Shown one piece after another: positions 28,815 through 38,248 of a stretch of 56,756 nt of DNA (its first letter is position 1; each line of letters opens with the position of its first letter). The notes below the pieces were generated by a model. That model searched no databases. It worked only from the letters and a program-made list of their open reading frames with translations, and was not told the origin of the DNA. This DNA is from a virus (lineage: Duplodnaviria > Caudoviricetes). Position numbers and translations under genes: made by a program. Location of the stretch: IMG/VR virus record IMGVR_UViG_3300049926_000118, positions 1 through 56,756 of that record. One strand, 5' to 3'.

Positions 28815-29851
28815 AAATAACCTTGTGATTTTTTTAATAGATTAGCTTTTCGTTTAGCCCATGCCTCTTCACTGATACCACCTCTTTGAGCCATATCTTT
28901 TTCAAATGGAGTTAAGAATATTTTCTGTGGCTTGGTGGGCGTACTATGAAGTGAATTACTATAAGAATTTCTGACTGAGCCTACATTGCTAATAGATCCT
29001 ATATTTTTTTGGGTTTTAGCCGTTCTTTTTTTGCTTTTTAGATCTTCTATATAGTCATCAATGGCTTCAAAATAGTCATCAGAGAAATAAACGTCCGTGT
29101 TGCCGGATTTATCTATCTTGGAATCTAATTCATGAATAAACTCGCCAACCTCTTCTGTTAATTCCGGATCATAATGTCTAGAATTATGTTGTAATTCTTT
29201 ATGAGTACTTAACCATTTCTGAGCAATTTGCTGTTCATGCCCTTCATTATTTTGGTATGATGGATTAGGTTCTTGCTGTTTTTGAGGTTGAGTACTTTCG
29301 TAAGCTGACCATTTCTCAAGTTCCATAATATTATTAAGAGCTCGACTTACATTCATCCCAGCTTCAATTACGCCATCAGCATCTCCATCATCGATTGCTT
29401 TTCTTTGAAGCTGTTTTGCTTTCTCTAATTCAGAATAAACATTTTTTCCGTATTGGTACGTGCCAGCTGCTTCTGCTTGTTTAAGCAATTCTTTTAAGCG
29501 GACATTTTCTTCTAGAGCTAATCTTTTTTCTTCTAGAGCTATCCTTGTTTCCGCTTGCGCTTTAAACCTTCTTTTTTTCTCTTTCCAAGCTTTTTCAGGT
29601 TTTTTAATAAAATCTTTTAAAGGGTCCTTCTGGGAGTTTTCTTCTTCCCCTTCTTCTTCAAACTCATCTTCGGTTTCTTCATCTTCAGAATGAGCCTCTC
29701 CTTGAGGGTCTTCTTCTTGAGGATTTTCTTCAACTTCTCCGCTGTTTTTTATACGTTCTATTTCTTTAAAAGCGGCTTCAATTTCAGCAAAACCTCTATT
29801 ATCTTCGAGGTTTAGTTGGTCGCTCTCAAAACTATCATTTTTATCTGTCAT
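28811..29851 (-). CDS. Putative capsid scaffolding protein
   Basis: Acidic N-terminus, coiled coil, A.DDGD.D, C-terminal LT..EK.MA...G.SEE; between portal and capsid. Confidence 0.65.
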   Translation of the reverse strand: MTDKNDSFESDQLNLEDNRGFAEIEAAFKEIERIKNSGEVEENPQEEDPQGEAHSEDEETEDEFEEEGEEENSQKDPLKDFIKKPEKAWKEKKRRFKAQAETRIALEEKRLALEENVRLKELLKQAEAAGTYQYGKNVYSELEKAKQLQRKAIDDGDADGVIEAGMNVSRALNNIMELEKWSAYESTQPQKQQEPNPSYQNNEGHEQQIAQKWLSTHKELQHNSRHYDPELTEEVGEFIHELDSKIDKSGNTDVYFSDDYFEAIDDYIEDLKSKKRTAKTQKNIGSISNVGSVRNSYSNSLHSTPTKPQKIFLTPFEKDMAQRGGISEEAWAKRKANLLKKSQGYL

Positions 29852-29865
29852 AAATTTTAACTCTT

Positions 29866-30297
29866 TTAATCACAAGAAATTCTACTAATTACTCTCGGGT
29901 CATCTACTCGCTGTACCAATCTGTCTTCCCATATAGTTGCTGAAGTAAGACCTTTATGAGCATAAGTATGGGCGGATGCCCGTGGGAACATTACCCAGTC
30001 GCCTACCTGACAATAAGGACCGGTGAACTTATATCGTTCGGTATCCTTGTAACAACCAGGAGCCATCTTCACGACAAGCCCTACGAAGTTTATGAATTTA
30101 TGATCTTGATTGGCTTTTCCGATAGTTTCCTCGGATAAGAATAAACCGCCCGAAGTTTTAATCACAATTTTGGGTTTGTATATTCTAACTACCACTTGAT
30201 AACCAACGGGATGAGACTCCTTGTATGTTTCATTTACTAATTCGTCTAAATCGTAATTTTCAAAGTCAATTCCGGAATCATCTTCGTAATTAATCAT
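29866..30297 (-). CDS. Phage co-chaperonin (GroES/Cpn10-like)
   Basis: PVGYQVVVR, KTSGGLFL, G.VVKM.P.CY, CQVGDWVMF; start moved to ATG 30297 after AGGAG. Confidence 0.75.
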   Translation of the reverse strand: MINYEDDSGIDFENYDLDELVNETYKESHPVGYQVVVRIYKPKIVIKTSGGLFLSEETIGKANQDHKFINFVGLVVKMAPGCYKDTERYKFTGPYCQVGDWVMFPRASAHTYAHKGLTSATIWEDRLVQRVDDPRVISRISCD

Positions 30298-30469
30298 TAA
30301 TTTCTCCTTTAAATATATTTCTACATATCTCAATAGCCGTCTCAAAACCTGCAATTTGACCTACTAAAAACTTATATTGAGCAAAATCACGAACTCCGTT
30401 TTGAGTCACGGATCTCTCATACTTCTCTTTTTCTGTTTTTAATTCGTGTAACAAACTAATGACTGACAT
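30290..30469 (-). CDS. Small phage protein (not in ORF track)
   Basis: 59 aa MSVISLLHELKTEKEKYERSVTQNGVRDFAQYKFLVGQIAGFETAIEICRNIFKGEIND; exactly fills the gap. Confidence 0.7.
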   Translation of the reverse strand: MSVISLLHELKTEKEKYERSVTQNGVRDFAQYKFLVGQIAGFETAIEICRNIFKGEIND

Positions 30470-30712
30470 TTACATGAACTCACTTAAAGATTTCTTTTTC
30501 ATAGATCTTGGCATTCCTTGAGCTGTTGCCTCTTCATGCCTGATTTTGGCTACTCCGCCCATAGCAAACTTCTTCGCTGATTTTTTACAATCCTTACCAC
30601 CACTCATAGATTTCATGGTCTTTTCGGCTAAGTCTCTCATTGAATCTGGTTTGTTTTGATATCCGGCTTTCATACCCTTAGATTTCATAGACTTCTTCAT
30701 TGTTTTCTCCAT
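30470..30712 (-). CDS. Small K/M-rich basic phage protein
   Basis: KKFAMGG motif; overlaps portal end. Confidence 0.6.
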   Translation of the reverse strand: MEKTMKKSMKSKGMKAGYQNKPDSMRDLAEKTMKSMSGGKDCKKSAKKFAMGGVAKIRHEEATAQGMPRSMKKKSLSEFM

Positions 30713-33101
30713 TTTTGATTAATTCAGTTTCTGCTTTTAGTTGCGCTAGTTTCTCGTTAGACTCGATTTTGGCTTTTTCTTTCTCGACTGCTAACTGAGC
30801 TTTTGATAGGTCGGCTTCGGTTTTTAGCTGTGCTATCTCTTCGTTTGATTCGATTTTGGCTTTTTCTTTTTCAAAATCTAATTGCGCTTTGAAGATGGCT
30901 GTTTCTGTTTTTTGATCTTCTATTCTCTCCCTAGCTTCAACTTCGGCTTGTTGCTGTTGAATATCAGCTAGTATCAATTCTTCAGGAGATGGAGAGGATG
31001 GTTGATTTTCTTGGTTTTCCTCTAATGATCCGGCTATAGCAACTGCGATTTGATTCTGAACTTGAGGATCTAATATTTGCTCTAATGGAGGCATCTCCAT
31101 TCCTAGTAATTGCTGCATTTGCATTAGGTATTCTAATGCTTCATGTTCTTTTATATGAGCCATTACAGCGGGAGCAGTTTCCGGATAGTCTTGAGCGAAT
31201 AATCCGTGAACTAATTTATGAGCAGCATGATCTTGCCAAATAGCAGCTTTGACAGGTTCATTTTTCATAATATTTAAGTTTTCGCTAACAGGATCTAACG
31301 GCAAGATTTCTTGTTCTTCCGGTGGAGCGGGTAATATCTGATCTATCTGACTAGCATCTAACCCTTGAGCTTCATAGTTTTTCTTGAAAACCTCTCTCAT
31401 ATCATGTAACTCAGGAGCTTGCATCGCCGTTCTTAAAAGCGATTCTGCTTTTATTATCCTTTGTATTGACGAGCCGGCAGCTGGATCTGAAACCGGAATA
31501 ATCATTACTTCATCAACGAAATCCTCAGATGTAATAACCTTTCTTTCTTTCCCAAAATTAAACTCTTCCGTTTGTAGAGTTTTTTTGAAAATATTATTTA
31601 ATAGCTGTAGTTCCTTGCTAAAAGAATTATGTATAGAACTAGAAACGGCGGATTGAATTTTATTATTTGTTTCGAGTAAAGCTAATGTTGTGCCGACAGG
31701 AATATCTTCTTTTGAACTAAGCATCCCCAGTTCGCTTGTAGAAGCTAACTTCTCACATTCCTGTATCATTTCTAATCTAAGCTCACGAAGAGCATTAGAA
31801 GGCTCAGAATAAGGTAATGGCATTAATGCATCGGTAAGAGGCAATCCATTAGTATCTACCTCGATCCATTCTCCTGGACCAACTATTATAGTACTATCTT
31901 GTTGCTTAAACCCTTTGGCTCTCAATCCGGCGGGCATATTCTTGAATATACCGGCATCAATTAACATGCGTTGTATAGAAGTTAAAGAAATAGCATTAGT
32001 GCCTATTAGATGAGCTAAACCGTTCCCATAAATACCGAACCCGGGCAAATAATTATATTGAACAAAATACTCTCTTTGCTTTTTATCCTCATCGTCTTCA
32101 TCCCAATTGCGTGAAATAGATAGTATTTCTTTAGAAGCTTTATCTATAGTTACAATATAGGGAAGAGATACGATACTATCACTTTGAGAGTCTTTATTTT
32201 CTTCAGTAAAATCATCAAGTGTTAAATATGCATGAATTTCATAAATTGGAAATAAAGAGCGTTTTTTGTATTCGCTAAGATCTACTTTTTCTTTCCTTTC
32301 AGAAGACTGGTTTGAGCTATCGTCGTTATCACCAATTTCGGAATTTTTTAAATAAGGAAGATCAACATCAAGAAATATTTTATTTTGCTGATTGAGAATA
32401 ATTTCTCTTTTAGAAAGATGTAAAATATGAGTCAGCCTACTTGACTCTAGAATAGAAGTGCAATCAGCATCTATTACAAAATTTTCGGGCATGATAAAAC
32501 GACTTAACGGTCGTTTTAATAACTTATCGAAATATACTTTTTTAAATATTGTGCCACAAAAACCTAGATTAAGTAAAAATCTATCGCAATCAGGATAATA
32601 AGCGCTATCTTTGACTGTTAAATAATAATTTAAATAGTCTGTATTTAACTCGGCTTTTCGGTCTGTTTCTTCATTGCTATTACCGTTAATTTTAAATCCA
32701 GCTGGTCCACTTAAGGGATAAAGTTCGGGTTTATTAGTAGCGAAAAAACGGATTACGGCTGTAGAGAACGTTGTATCAAATGTCCTTGTACCTTGTTTAT
32801 ATCCCTTTAATTCAGAAGCTTCTAAGTCAAAGCCAAGATATGCTTTTGCTTTTTCAATAGGATCAAGCCATTTTTGGCGAACTACTATATCTTCTTCAAT
32901 ACCTTCCAATAGAAAGGTAGATAGTTTTTTTCTTGCTTCTTCAGGGAATTTTTCAGCTATATTCTCATAAAAATCTGTATTTTCAGATTCTTCTATAGCG
33001 GGACTAGAGCCAATTTCATATACCGAAGACCCGTCTTCTAAGTCTTCAATTTTTCTTATATCTTCATCAGAAGTTTTCATGTATATATGAATAACCCTCA
33101 A
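30678..33101 (-). CDS. Portal protein
   Basis: FYENIAE, ELYP..GP, G..FKKVYFD, YFVQYNYLPGFGIYG.GL.HLIG, LIDAG...N.PAG, PVGTTLALLE; start may be ATG 33080. Confidence 0.85.
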   Translation of the reverse strand: MRVIHIYMKTSDEDIRKIEDLEDGSSVYEIGSSPAIEESENTDFYENIAEKFPEEARKKLSTFLLEGIEEDIVVRQKWLDPIEKAKAYLGFDLEASELKGYKQGTRTFDTTFSTAVIRFFATNKPELYPLSGPAGFKINGNSNEETDRKAELNTDYLNYYLTVKDSAYYPDCDRFLLNLGFCGTIFKKVYFDKLLKRPLSRFIMPENFVIDADCTSILESSRLTHILHLSKREIILNQQNKIFLDVDLPYLKNSEIGDNDDSSNQSSERKEKVDLSEYKKRSLFPIYEIHAYLTLDDFTEENKDSQSDSIVSLPYIVTIDKASKEILSISRNWDEDDEDKKQREYFVQYNYLPGFGIYGNGLAHLIGTNAISLTSIQRMLIDAGIFKNMPAGLRAKGFKQQDSTIIVGPGEWIEVDTNGLPLTDALMPLPYSEPSNALRELRLEMIQECEKLASTSELGMLSSKEDIPVGTTLALLETNNKIQSAVSSSIHNSFSKELQLLNNIFKKTLQTEEFNFGKERKVITSEDFVDEVMIIPVSDPAAGSSIQRIIKAESLLRTAMQAPELHDMREVFKKNYEAQGLDASQIDQILPAPPEEQEILPLDPVSENLNIMKNEPVKAAIWQDHAAHKLVHGLFAQDYPETAPAVMAHIKEHEALEYLMQMQQLLGMEMPPLEQILDPQVQNQIAVAIAGSLEENQENQPSSPSPEELILADIQQQQAEVEARERIEDQKTETAIFKAQLDFEKEKAKIESNEEIAQLKTEADLSKAQLAVEKEKAKIESNEKLAQLKAETELIKNGENNEEVYEI

Positions 33102-33202
33102 ATTTTTTTTGTGGCGTAAACTCTAAGGGATATTCAGCAGCGTCCAAACTATCGAATATCCTTTAGCAAAGCACATATACAACTAATGTACTTATTTATT
33201 AT

Positions 33203-33235
33203 TTTATAATAATGAACTTTTTAATATATGGTTGA
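33203..33235 (-). promoter_or_regulatory. 33-bp element upstream of portal, duplicated upstream of terL (candidate late promoter)
   Basis: 31/33 identical to 36321-36353. Confidence 0.6.
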
Positions 33236-33559
33236 TTTTTCTGATAAAATTGTAAAATTTTTTATAAAGCTAGATAATTTCAGTATTTTGAATAGAGAAA
33301 AGCATTCTCTTACGGTTGGAACTACGATAGTAATTAATGAGTCTAAGGGTATTTCTCGTAATCCAATGCATCCTGCAATATTAACTAAAGAAAAACGCTT
33401 GCCTGTTTTCTTTTTTGTAGAAACCATAGATACACCTGCTCACTATGATAGTTTTTCTCAACATGGTTTGCCTAGATTATTTCCTTCTAAAGAAGATCTC
33501 CAATCTTTAAATGCGTTTAAAAAAAAATTAGATAAACTTTTTACTAAAGCTTTCTATAA

Positions 33560-34750
33560 CTAATAGATTCTTACCTCTTCTCTTCCATAAGGAGGAATAG
33601 GACGCTCATCTCTCGGATTAAGAACGAATTGTCCGTCACGTAGTCTCGTTAAAGCTTGAGACATAGTATCTACTAGATCATTACTAGCAGCAGTAGGAAA
33701 CCTGGCGCACGCTTCTAAAAACTCATCGGCAAATGGTACTAACCTATCATAATTGGGAGCTTTCGCAATTAACCACACTCGCCCCCCTTCTATTAGAGGA
33801 GTAATATAACGAGCTCGAGGAATTTTTTTGGTTGTCGGAATAAATGGTATAGTTCTTATACCGGATCTATTCAGATCTGCAATTAACGGGTCTCCGGAAG
33901 CCTTTGCCTCAATAAGACACATATCTACGGGTCGAGGTGCTCCATTTGGTGGTAAAATTCCAGTATCTCGATAATCATAAAATAGTCTTTTCGCTCTTTC
34001 TCTAACTTCCGGATATTCTAATTTACCACGCCACATAGAAAGTAATATTATATTTTCGATATGGTTATGGTCGTAAAACACTCCCCAGGTAGTGCATGCC
34101 GAAAAGGCTGCTAGCTTATCCCCTTTTAATGCCGTATCCCAACTTTGTAGCACAAACTCGATCTCTGGAAGGGTATTACTTTTCCACCAACAGAACCAAG
34201 CCTTTTTGAATAACCCCCCTTCGGCTGGACTAGGTAACTGCTGAAGTTGCGCTGCAGATCTATATTGAGACCCAAGGTCATTTTTTAAACTTTGGACGGC
34301 TTTTGCATCAAATTTTTCGGGCCACAATAATTCTCCTTCTTCAGTCCTAGGATCTTCCCACACTTTACCATTTGTAGAAGGAAGAACTACAGTCTTATTA
34401 TGACGAGCTGATTCATATTCCATTGGAAGAATTAACTTAGTCCATTCTTTTGATTCGTCATTATTTAGTATCAATCCAGTTATATCTTCTTCATGTATTC
34501 TTTGCTGTACAACAATACGACAGTCGTTTTTACGATCATTTAGACGAGTAGACCAAATCGTATTCCACCAATCTATTCTATTGGCTCTATAAATATCTGA
34601 ACTGCCATCAGCTGCGTTGTTTGGGTCATCACAGTTATGGACTAAAATATTGTTTGCAAAATAATTATTATTGTCTTTTATCTTTAAATTATAAACATAT
34701 CTTGAGCTATTTTTTTTTCTTTTAATACTTTTAATAACTCTTCTTTGCAT
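33560..34750 (-). CDS. terL: Terminase large subunit C-terminal part preceded by split intein C-fragment
   Basis: First 39 aa end VYNL......YFANNILVHN/C; then CDDP, QQRIHE.D, QSWDTA, IEAKASG, NDLVD..SQ; GAGGT RBS. Confidence 0.92.
   Translation of the reverse strand: MQRRVIKSIKRKKNSSRYVYNLKIKDNNNYFANNILVHNCDDPNNAADGSSDIYRANRIDWWNTIWSTRLNDRKNDCRIVVQQRIHEEDITGLILNNDESKEWTKLILPMEYESARHNKTVVLPSTNGKVWEDPRTEEGELLWPEKFDAKAVQSLKNDLGSQYRSAAQLQQLPSPAEGGLFKKAWFCWWKSNTLPEIEFVLQSWDTALKGDKLAAFSACTTWGVFYDHNHIENIILLSMWRGKLEYPEVRERAKRLFYDYRDTGILPPNGAPRPVDMCLIEAKASGDPLIADLNRSGIRTIPFIPTTKKIPRARYITPLIEGGRVWLIAKAPNYDRLVPFADEFLEACARFPTAASNDLVDTMSQALTRLRDGQFVLNPRDERPIPPYGREEVRIY
34634..34750 (-). mobile_element. 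Split intein IntC (39 aa)
   Basis: Intein blocks F/G with terminal HN followed by Cys+1; strongly basic. Confidence 0.9.
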
Positions 34751-35508
34751 TGGTACCTCGATTTCTTTCCATGATGCTTATTATGACATCTCTCACATAG
34801 CGTTATCAAATTATCATCTGAATTATTATGTTTGTTAAAATCAATATGATGTACACTTAAATTTTTATCACATTCCTTTTCTTCAATATTACATAATTGA
34901 CATCTATAATTATCTCTTTTTCTTATCTCATCCCTAATAATACGCCAATTAACAGCGTATCCATGATATACATAACCAGATTGTCCATTTACATAATTTG
35001 AATTTAATTCTTCTTTCATAAATATAGAATGATGTTTATCCGCGCAGACACGAGAACAAAAATTCTTTTTGCCAACTTTTCTTTTTGTAATTCGTAAAGA
35101 GATTTTACATATAGTACATGTATCATGTAAATCTTGAAAAAGCGGATGTCCAAATAATTCATTATGTTTCCAATAACACTGTTTTGAACAAAAGACCTGA
35201 CTTAAACTCAGAGAGTTTTTTATTCTAAATTCTTTGTTGCATAATTTGCATAATTTGTTACATCCCACCCCTTTCCAAGAAGGATTATTTTTACCTACTT
35301 GATATTTATCCCAACAAGATTTTGTACAAAATGGATGGGAAGTCTTAAAACTTTCCCCCTTCCTTTTAGTAAACTTTATTTTACACAAAGTGCAATTAGC
35401 AGTGCGTTTTTGTTCTCCTTCCTTAACTAAACATTCCTTAGAACAAAATGTTCTTTTTTTAAAAAACTTAATTTCTTTTTTACAAAACCGACATTGCGAT
35501 ATCACCAT
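34684..35508 (-). CDS. Free-standing HNH homing endonuclease with tandem Cys-rich zinc-binding repeats
   Basis: Four CxxC...FC(S/T)xxC units; RDNYRCQLC...VHHIDFNKHNN...NLITLC..CH..HH; AAGGA RBS. Confidence 0.9.
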   Translation of the reverse strand: MVISQCRFCKKEIKFFKKRTFCSKECLVKEGEQKRTANCTLCKIKFTKRKGESFKTSHPFCTKSCWDKYQVGKNNPSWKGVGCNKLCKLCNKEFRIKNSLSLSQVFCSKQCYWKHNELFGHPLFQDLHDTCTICKISLRITKRKVGKKNFCSRVCADKHHSIFMKEELNSNYVNGQSGYVYHGYAVNWRIIRDEIRKRDNYRCQLCNIEEKECDKNLSVHHIDFNKHNNSDDNLITLCERCHNKHHGKKSRYQCKEELLKVLKEKKIAQDMFII

Positions 35509-36286
35509 TTTTTATATCCTTAGCTAATACATATCCCATATTTTCAATAAAAATAGGATGATCTGCCGTACATTCTAATGTAGAACCATCATCAAATTCT
35601 ATTACTAGTAATTCTTCACATAAATTCTTTTCATAAGCTTCAATTTCCTTATATTCCAGAATTTCAGTTTGATGGTTATAACTTAAAATTTGACAATCAA
35701 GTTGCTTCTCAACAATTTGACCAATAGAAATGTTTCCTAAGGAAGATAATACCATTATAGTATAAGGAAAGCAAACAAGCATACTACCACCCTCGCCTGT
35801 AGTGCCGCTTCCAGAAGATGTAGCGATACGATAACCGGATGCCGTATTATCAAATCTTTTTTTTGTATTCTGATCTTTTAATAATTGAAAACGATCGCCC
35901 CAATTTTTTTGAAACCATGGTGATAATATAAGTGCTCTGCATTTTTGACTATCTCTAGAAGCTAAACTAAAGCTATAGGAAGCATATAAAAATCTTTCGC
36001 TAGGATTCTGTAGCCAAACCCAAGCCGGAAAGGCTATAGAAACTAGTGTTGATTTACTACAACGAGGAGGCATATTAATAAGTAGATTCTTTATCTGCCT
36101 ATTTGCGACAGCTTCTAAATGCTCACAAATTACTTTTAAGTGCCATCCTTCGACAAAAGGTGTATTTCCCTCTATCCACGGCCAAGCTTGCTTTAAAAAC
36201 TCATAAAGCGACATTTCCGCTAGTAAAGCCAGTCTTTCTTCTTGAAGTTGTTGTAATTCGAGTGGGGTTATTGATCTAGATAACAA
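35480..36286 (-). CDS. terL: Terminase large subunit N-terminal part followed by split intein N-fragment
   Basis: Walker A NMPPRCSKST, ASYS..LA, TGEGG then CFP... and ECTADHPIF (intein blocks A and B). Confidence 0.92.
   Translation of the reverse strand: MLSRSITPLELQQLQEERLALLAEMSLYEFLKQAWPWIEGNTPFVEGWHLKVICEHLEAVANRQIKNLLINMPPRCSKSTLVSIAFPAWVWLQNPSERFLYASYSFSLASRDSQKCRALILSPWFQKNWGDRFQLLKDQNTKKRFDNTASGYRIATSSGSGTTGEGGSMLVCFPYTIMVLSSLGNISIGQIVEKQLDCQILSYNHQTEILEYKEIEAYEKNLCEELLVIEFDDGSTLECTADHPIFIENMGYVLAKDIKNGDIAMSVL
35483..35773 (-). mobile_element. Split intein IntN (97 aa)
   Basis: Begins CFPYT, contains TADH block B, ends AKDIKNGDIAMSVL-stop; strongly acidic. Confidence 0.9.
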
Positions 36287-36320
36287 AATGCTAAAATTTC
36301 ACCGTACAAATGCCTAAGTA

Positions 36321-36353
36321 TTTATAATAACGAACTTTTTAATAAATGGTTGA
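36321..36353 (-). promoter_or_regulatory. 33-bp element upstream of terL (candidate late promoter)
   Basis: Minus TCAACCATTTATTAAAAAGTTCGTTATTATAAA; duplicate at 33203-33235. Confidence 0.6.
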
Positions 36354-36437
36354 AATTTCGGTGAGAATAATTTTTAGTCGAGTTCGGATGAGTATTCTTC
36401 GTTGTTTATCATGTCTCTATCCTTTCTTAGCAAAAAC

Positions 36438-36473
36438 CACTAGGGAAAGGTAGAAAATTATCTTTTCCTAGTG
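36438..36473. terminator. Terminator-like hairpin downstream of OMP gene
   Basis: cactagggaaaggta...tatcttttcctagtg imperfect inverted repeat. Confidence 0.45.
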
Positions 36474-36483
36474 AAATCAAATT

Positions 36484-37191
36484 TTACAAATCAAAACGTG
36501 TTGCTAGAGACAAATTATGCCCCTGATATTTATTACTCCTATTGGTATCGGTTTTGACTTTCCCTGAATATTTCCAGATATACGCTACTTCAATATTAAA
36601 GTTTTTACAAACACTTATATCCGTACCAACTGTAAAGGCGTAAGAAAAAGCTTTTTTATTCTTATTAGCTTTAGATGTAAAAATAGTTGGTAAAGTAATA
36701 GTATGACCATTAGTAATGGTGTTCTCAAATCTATCAAACGTCTTTTCTTTTATTTTACTTGAACCAGCTCCTGCTCCTAAAAATACTTTGAATTTAGAAC
36801 CTTTTATAATATCAATATAACCATTTAGCATTATAGATTGAATATTAGTAGTTCGTTTTATCGATCTAGTACCAGTATTTAAAAGATTGCCATCTAAAAA
36901 CTCAAAATTATTGCCTTTAGTAGCAAAATTGATATTGGAGTTCTCGAAAACAAAATCTATTCTAGAAAAAGAATTAGTATAATAACCTATACCTACCCCT
37001 AGAGTTGAAGAAGGGTTTGATTTTTGATTTAGCGTAAAATTAATATCAGAATCAATAGTTTCGATATCAGAGGTTTTATTTAAAGTAGCGATAGTTTTTA
37101 AATAAAATTTCTTTTCTAAATCATTGGCAAATGCCGAGTTATTTAATAAGAACAAAATACCCAAAAAGGCTATTATTTTATTCTGTAACAT
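36484..37191 (-). CDS. Outer-membrane beta-barrel protein (opacity/porin-like)
   Basis: Signal peptide ending AFA, G.GIGYY....R.D, MLNGY.D, FLGAGAG, FSY....G, terminal RFDL. Confidence 0.8.
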   Translation of the reverse strand: MLQNKIIAFLGILFLLNNSAFANDLEKKFYLKTIATLNKTSDIETIDSDINFTLNQKSNPSSTLGVGIGYYTNSFSRIDFVFENSNINFATKGNNFEFLDGNLLNTGTRSIKRTTNIQSIMLNGYIDIIKGSKFKVFLGAGAGSSKIKEKTFDRFENTITNGHTITLPTIFTSKANKNKKAFSYAFTVGTDISVCKNFNIEVAYIWKYSGKVKTDTNRSNKYQGHNLSLATRFDL

Positions 37192-37281
37192 AAGAAATTC
37201 TCTATAATATTTGTATCTACTATTATATCATAGTTAATATGAAAAATGTACTTTAATCAAAAAAATAGTTATTTGTTTTTA

Positions 37282-37506
37282 TCACCCATATTGTATATAT
37301 CCTCTATACTTACGTCTTTGCTTAATTTGTTTTATTACGGTCTCAGTTTCCTCTGAGCTATTACAAAATACTATCTTGTAACCCCCTAGATTACCGCCTG
37401 TTTTGCCCCATATGAGTATTACATCTGTATTACCGAATAATGTAGGTTGAAGCATAATTTTATAATATTTATGCTGATTAGTCCAAAGTAATGATTCAGA
37501 ATGCAT
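37282..37506 (-). CDS. WGR-domain protein
   Basis: YY...LQPTLFG...V...WG..G and K.RGY motifs. Confidence 0.75.
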   Translation of the reverse strand: MHSESLLWTNQHKYYKIMLQPTLFGNTDVILIWGKTGGNLGGYKIVFCNSSEETETVIKQIKQRRKYRGYIQYG

Positions 37507-37687
37507 GATCCAAATATTTTAGTTTAAATTTTAAAATACCAGCTTCTTTTATTAAAATTTCTAGAGTATTTAGGGCGTCAGAAAGCTGCTCTGGATTGCA
37601 ATAATTATCTCTTTCAACTATTTTTATAAAATTCATTACTTGCATTAACTTTACAACAGCGATTTCACTTCTATCTTCTAATGACAT
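37496..37687 (-). CDS. Hypothetical protein, paralog of N-terminus of 37689..38033
   Basis: MSLED..EI..V...Q..NFIK..E..NY..PEQ shared. Confidence 0.55.
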   Translation of the reverse strand: MSLEDRSEIAVVKLMQVMNFIKIVERDNYCNPEQLSDALNTLEILIKEAGILKFKLKYLDHAF

Positions 37688-37688
37688 A

Positions 37689-38033
37689 TTATTTACCTTC
37701 CTTTTGTTCTTCGTCTTTTAAATATTTTTCTATAGATGCTATTAGCACACCAGTCATCTCAACTCCATTACTTGATGTTCTCGTTTTAAATCTTTTCTTT
37801 AATTCAAGGGGAATATTAAAAATTATTGTAACTATTTCCTCTTCGTTTTTTAATGAACTCACTAACTTGTGCTCCAAAATAGATAATTCTTCTACTACAG
37901 TTGCTATTTTTTTTCGAGCATCATGAAATTGTTCGGGATCATAATTATTCATTTCAATGCTCTTTATGAAGTTTATTAACTGATTTATTTGAACGGTTGT
38001 AATTTCTTTGCTATCTTCTAATGACATAATCAT
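37689..38033 (-). CDS. Protein with C-terminal ribbon-helix-helix (ParG-like)
   Basis: IIFNIPLELKKRFK.......MT.VLI..IEKYL. Confidence 0.6.
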   Translation of the reverse strand: MIMSLEDSKEITTVQINQLINFIKSIEMNNYDPEQFHDARKKIATVVEELSILEHKLVSSLKNEEEIVTIIFNIPLELKKRFKTRTSSNGVEMTGVLIASIEKYLKDEEQKEGK

Positions 38034-38248
38034 TTATTCTCCTTTTTTTCAGCTTCTTTTATATATTTTTCTGCGTACGATAATATGATATCTGTTACTG
38101 TAGTATTATTATTGAGAGCTATTGTTTTTAATCTTTTTTTTAATGTATAAGATATATTGATAGTTAACCTATCCATTGGCTCCTGTTGCATTAATTTAAT
38201 AGCTTTTTCTTTATCACGAGAAGGCCTTTCGGTTTTAAATAATCTCAT
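38030..38248 (-). CDS. ParG-like RHH centromere-binding protein
   Basis: RLTINIS..LKKRLK.IA.....TVTDII; ATGA-coupled to parA. Confidence 0.7.
   Translation of the reverse strand: MRLFKTERPSRDKEKAIKLMQQEPMDRLTINISYTLKKRLKTIALNNNTTVTDIILSYAEKYIKEAEKKENK

Noticed and set aside
33228-33563. Plus-strand gene between terL and portal
   Set aside because: Its ATG lies within the duplicated 33-bp element, with no RBS or recognisable motif; left uncalled though not excluded
34684-35508. Group I intron carrying the HNH gene
   Set aside because: HNH overlaps both intein halves, leaving no room for a ribozyme core; intein motifs and separate RBSs explain the locus
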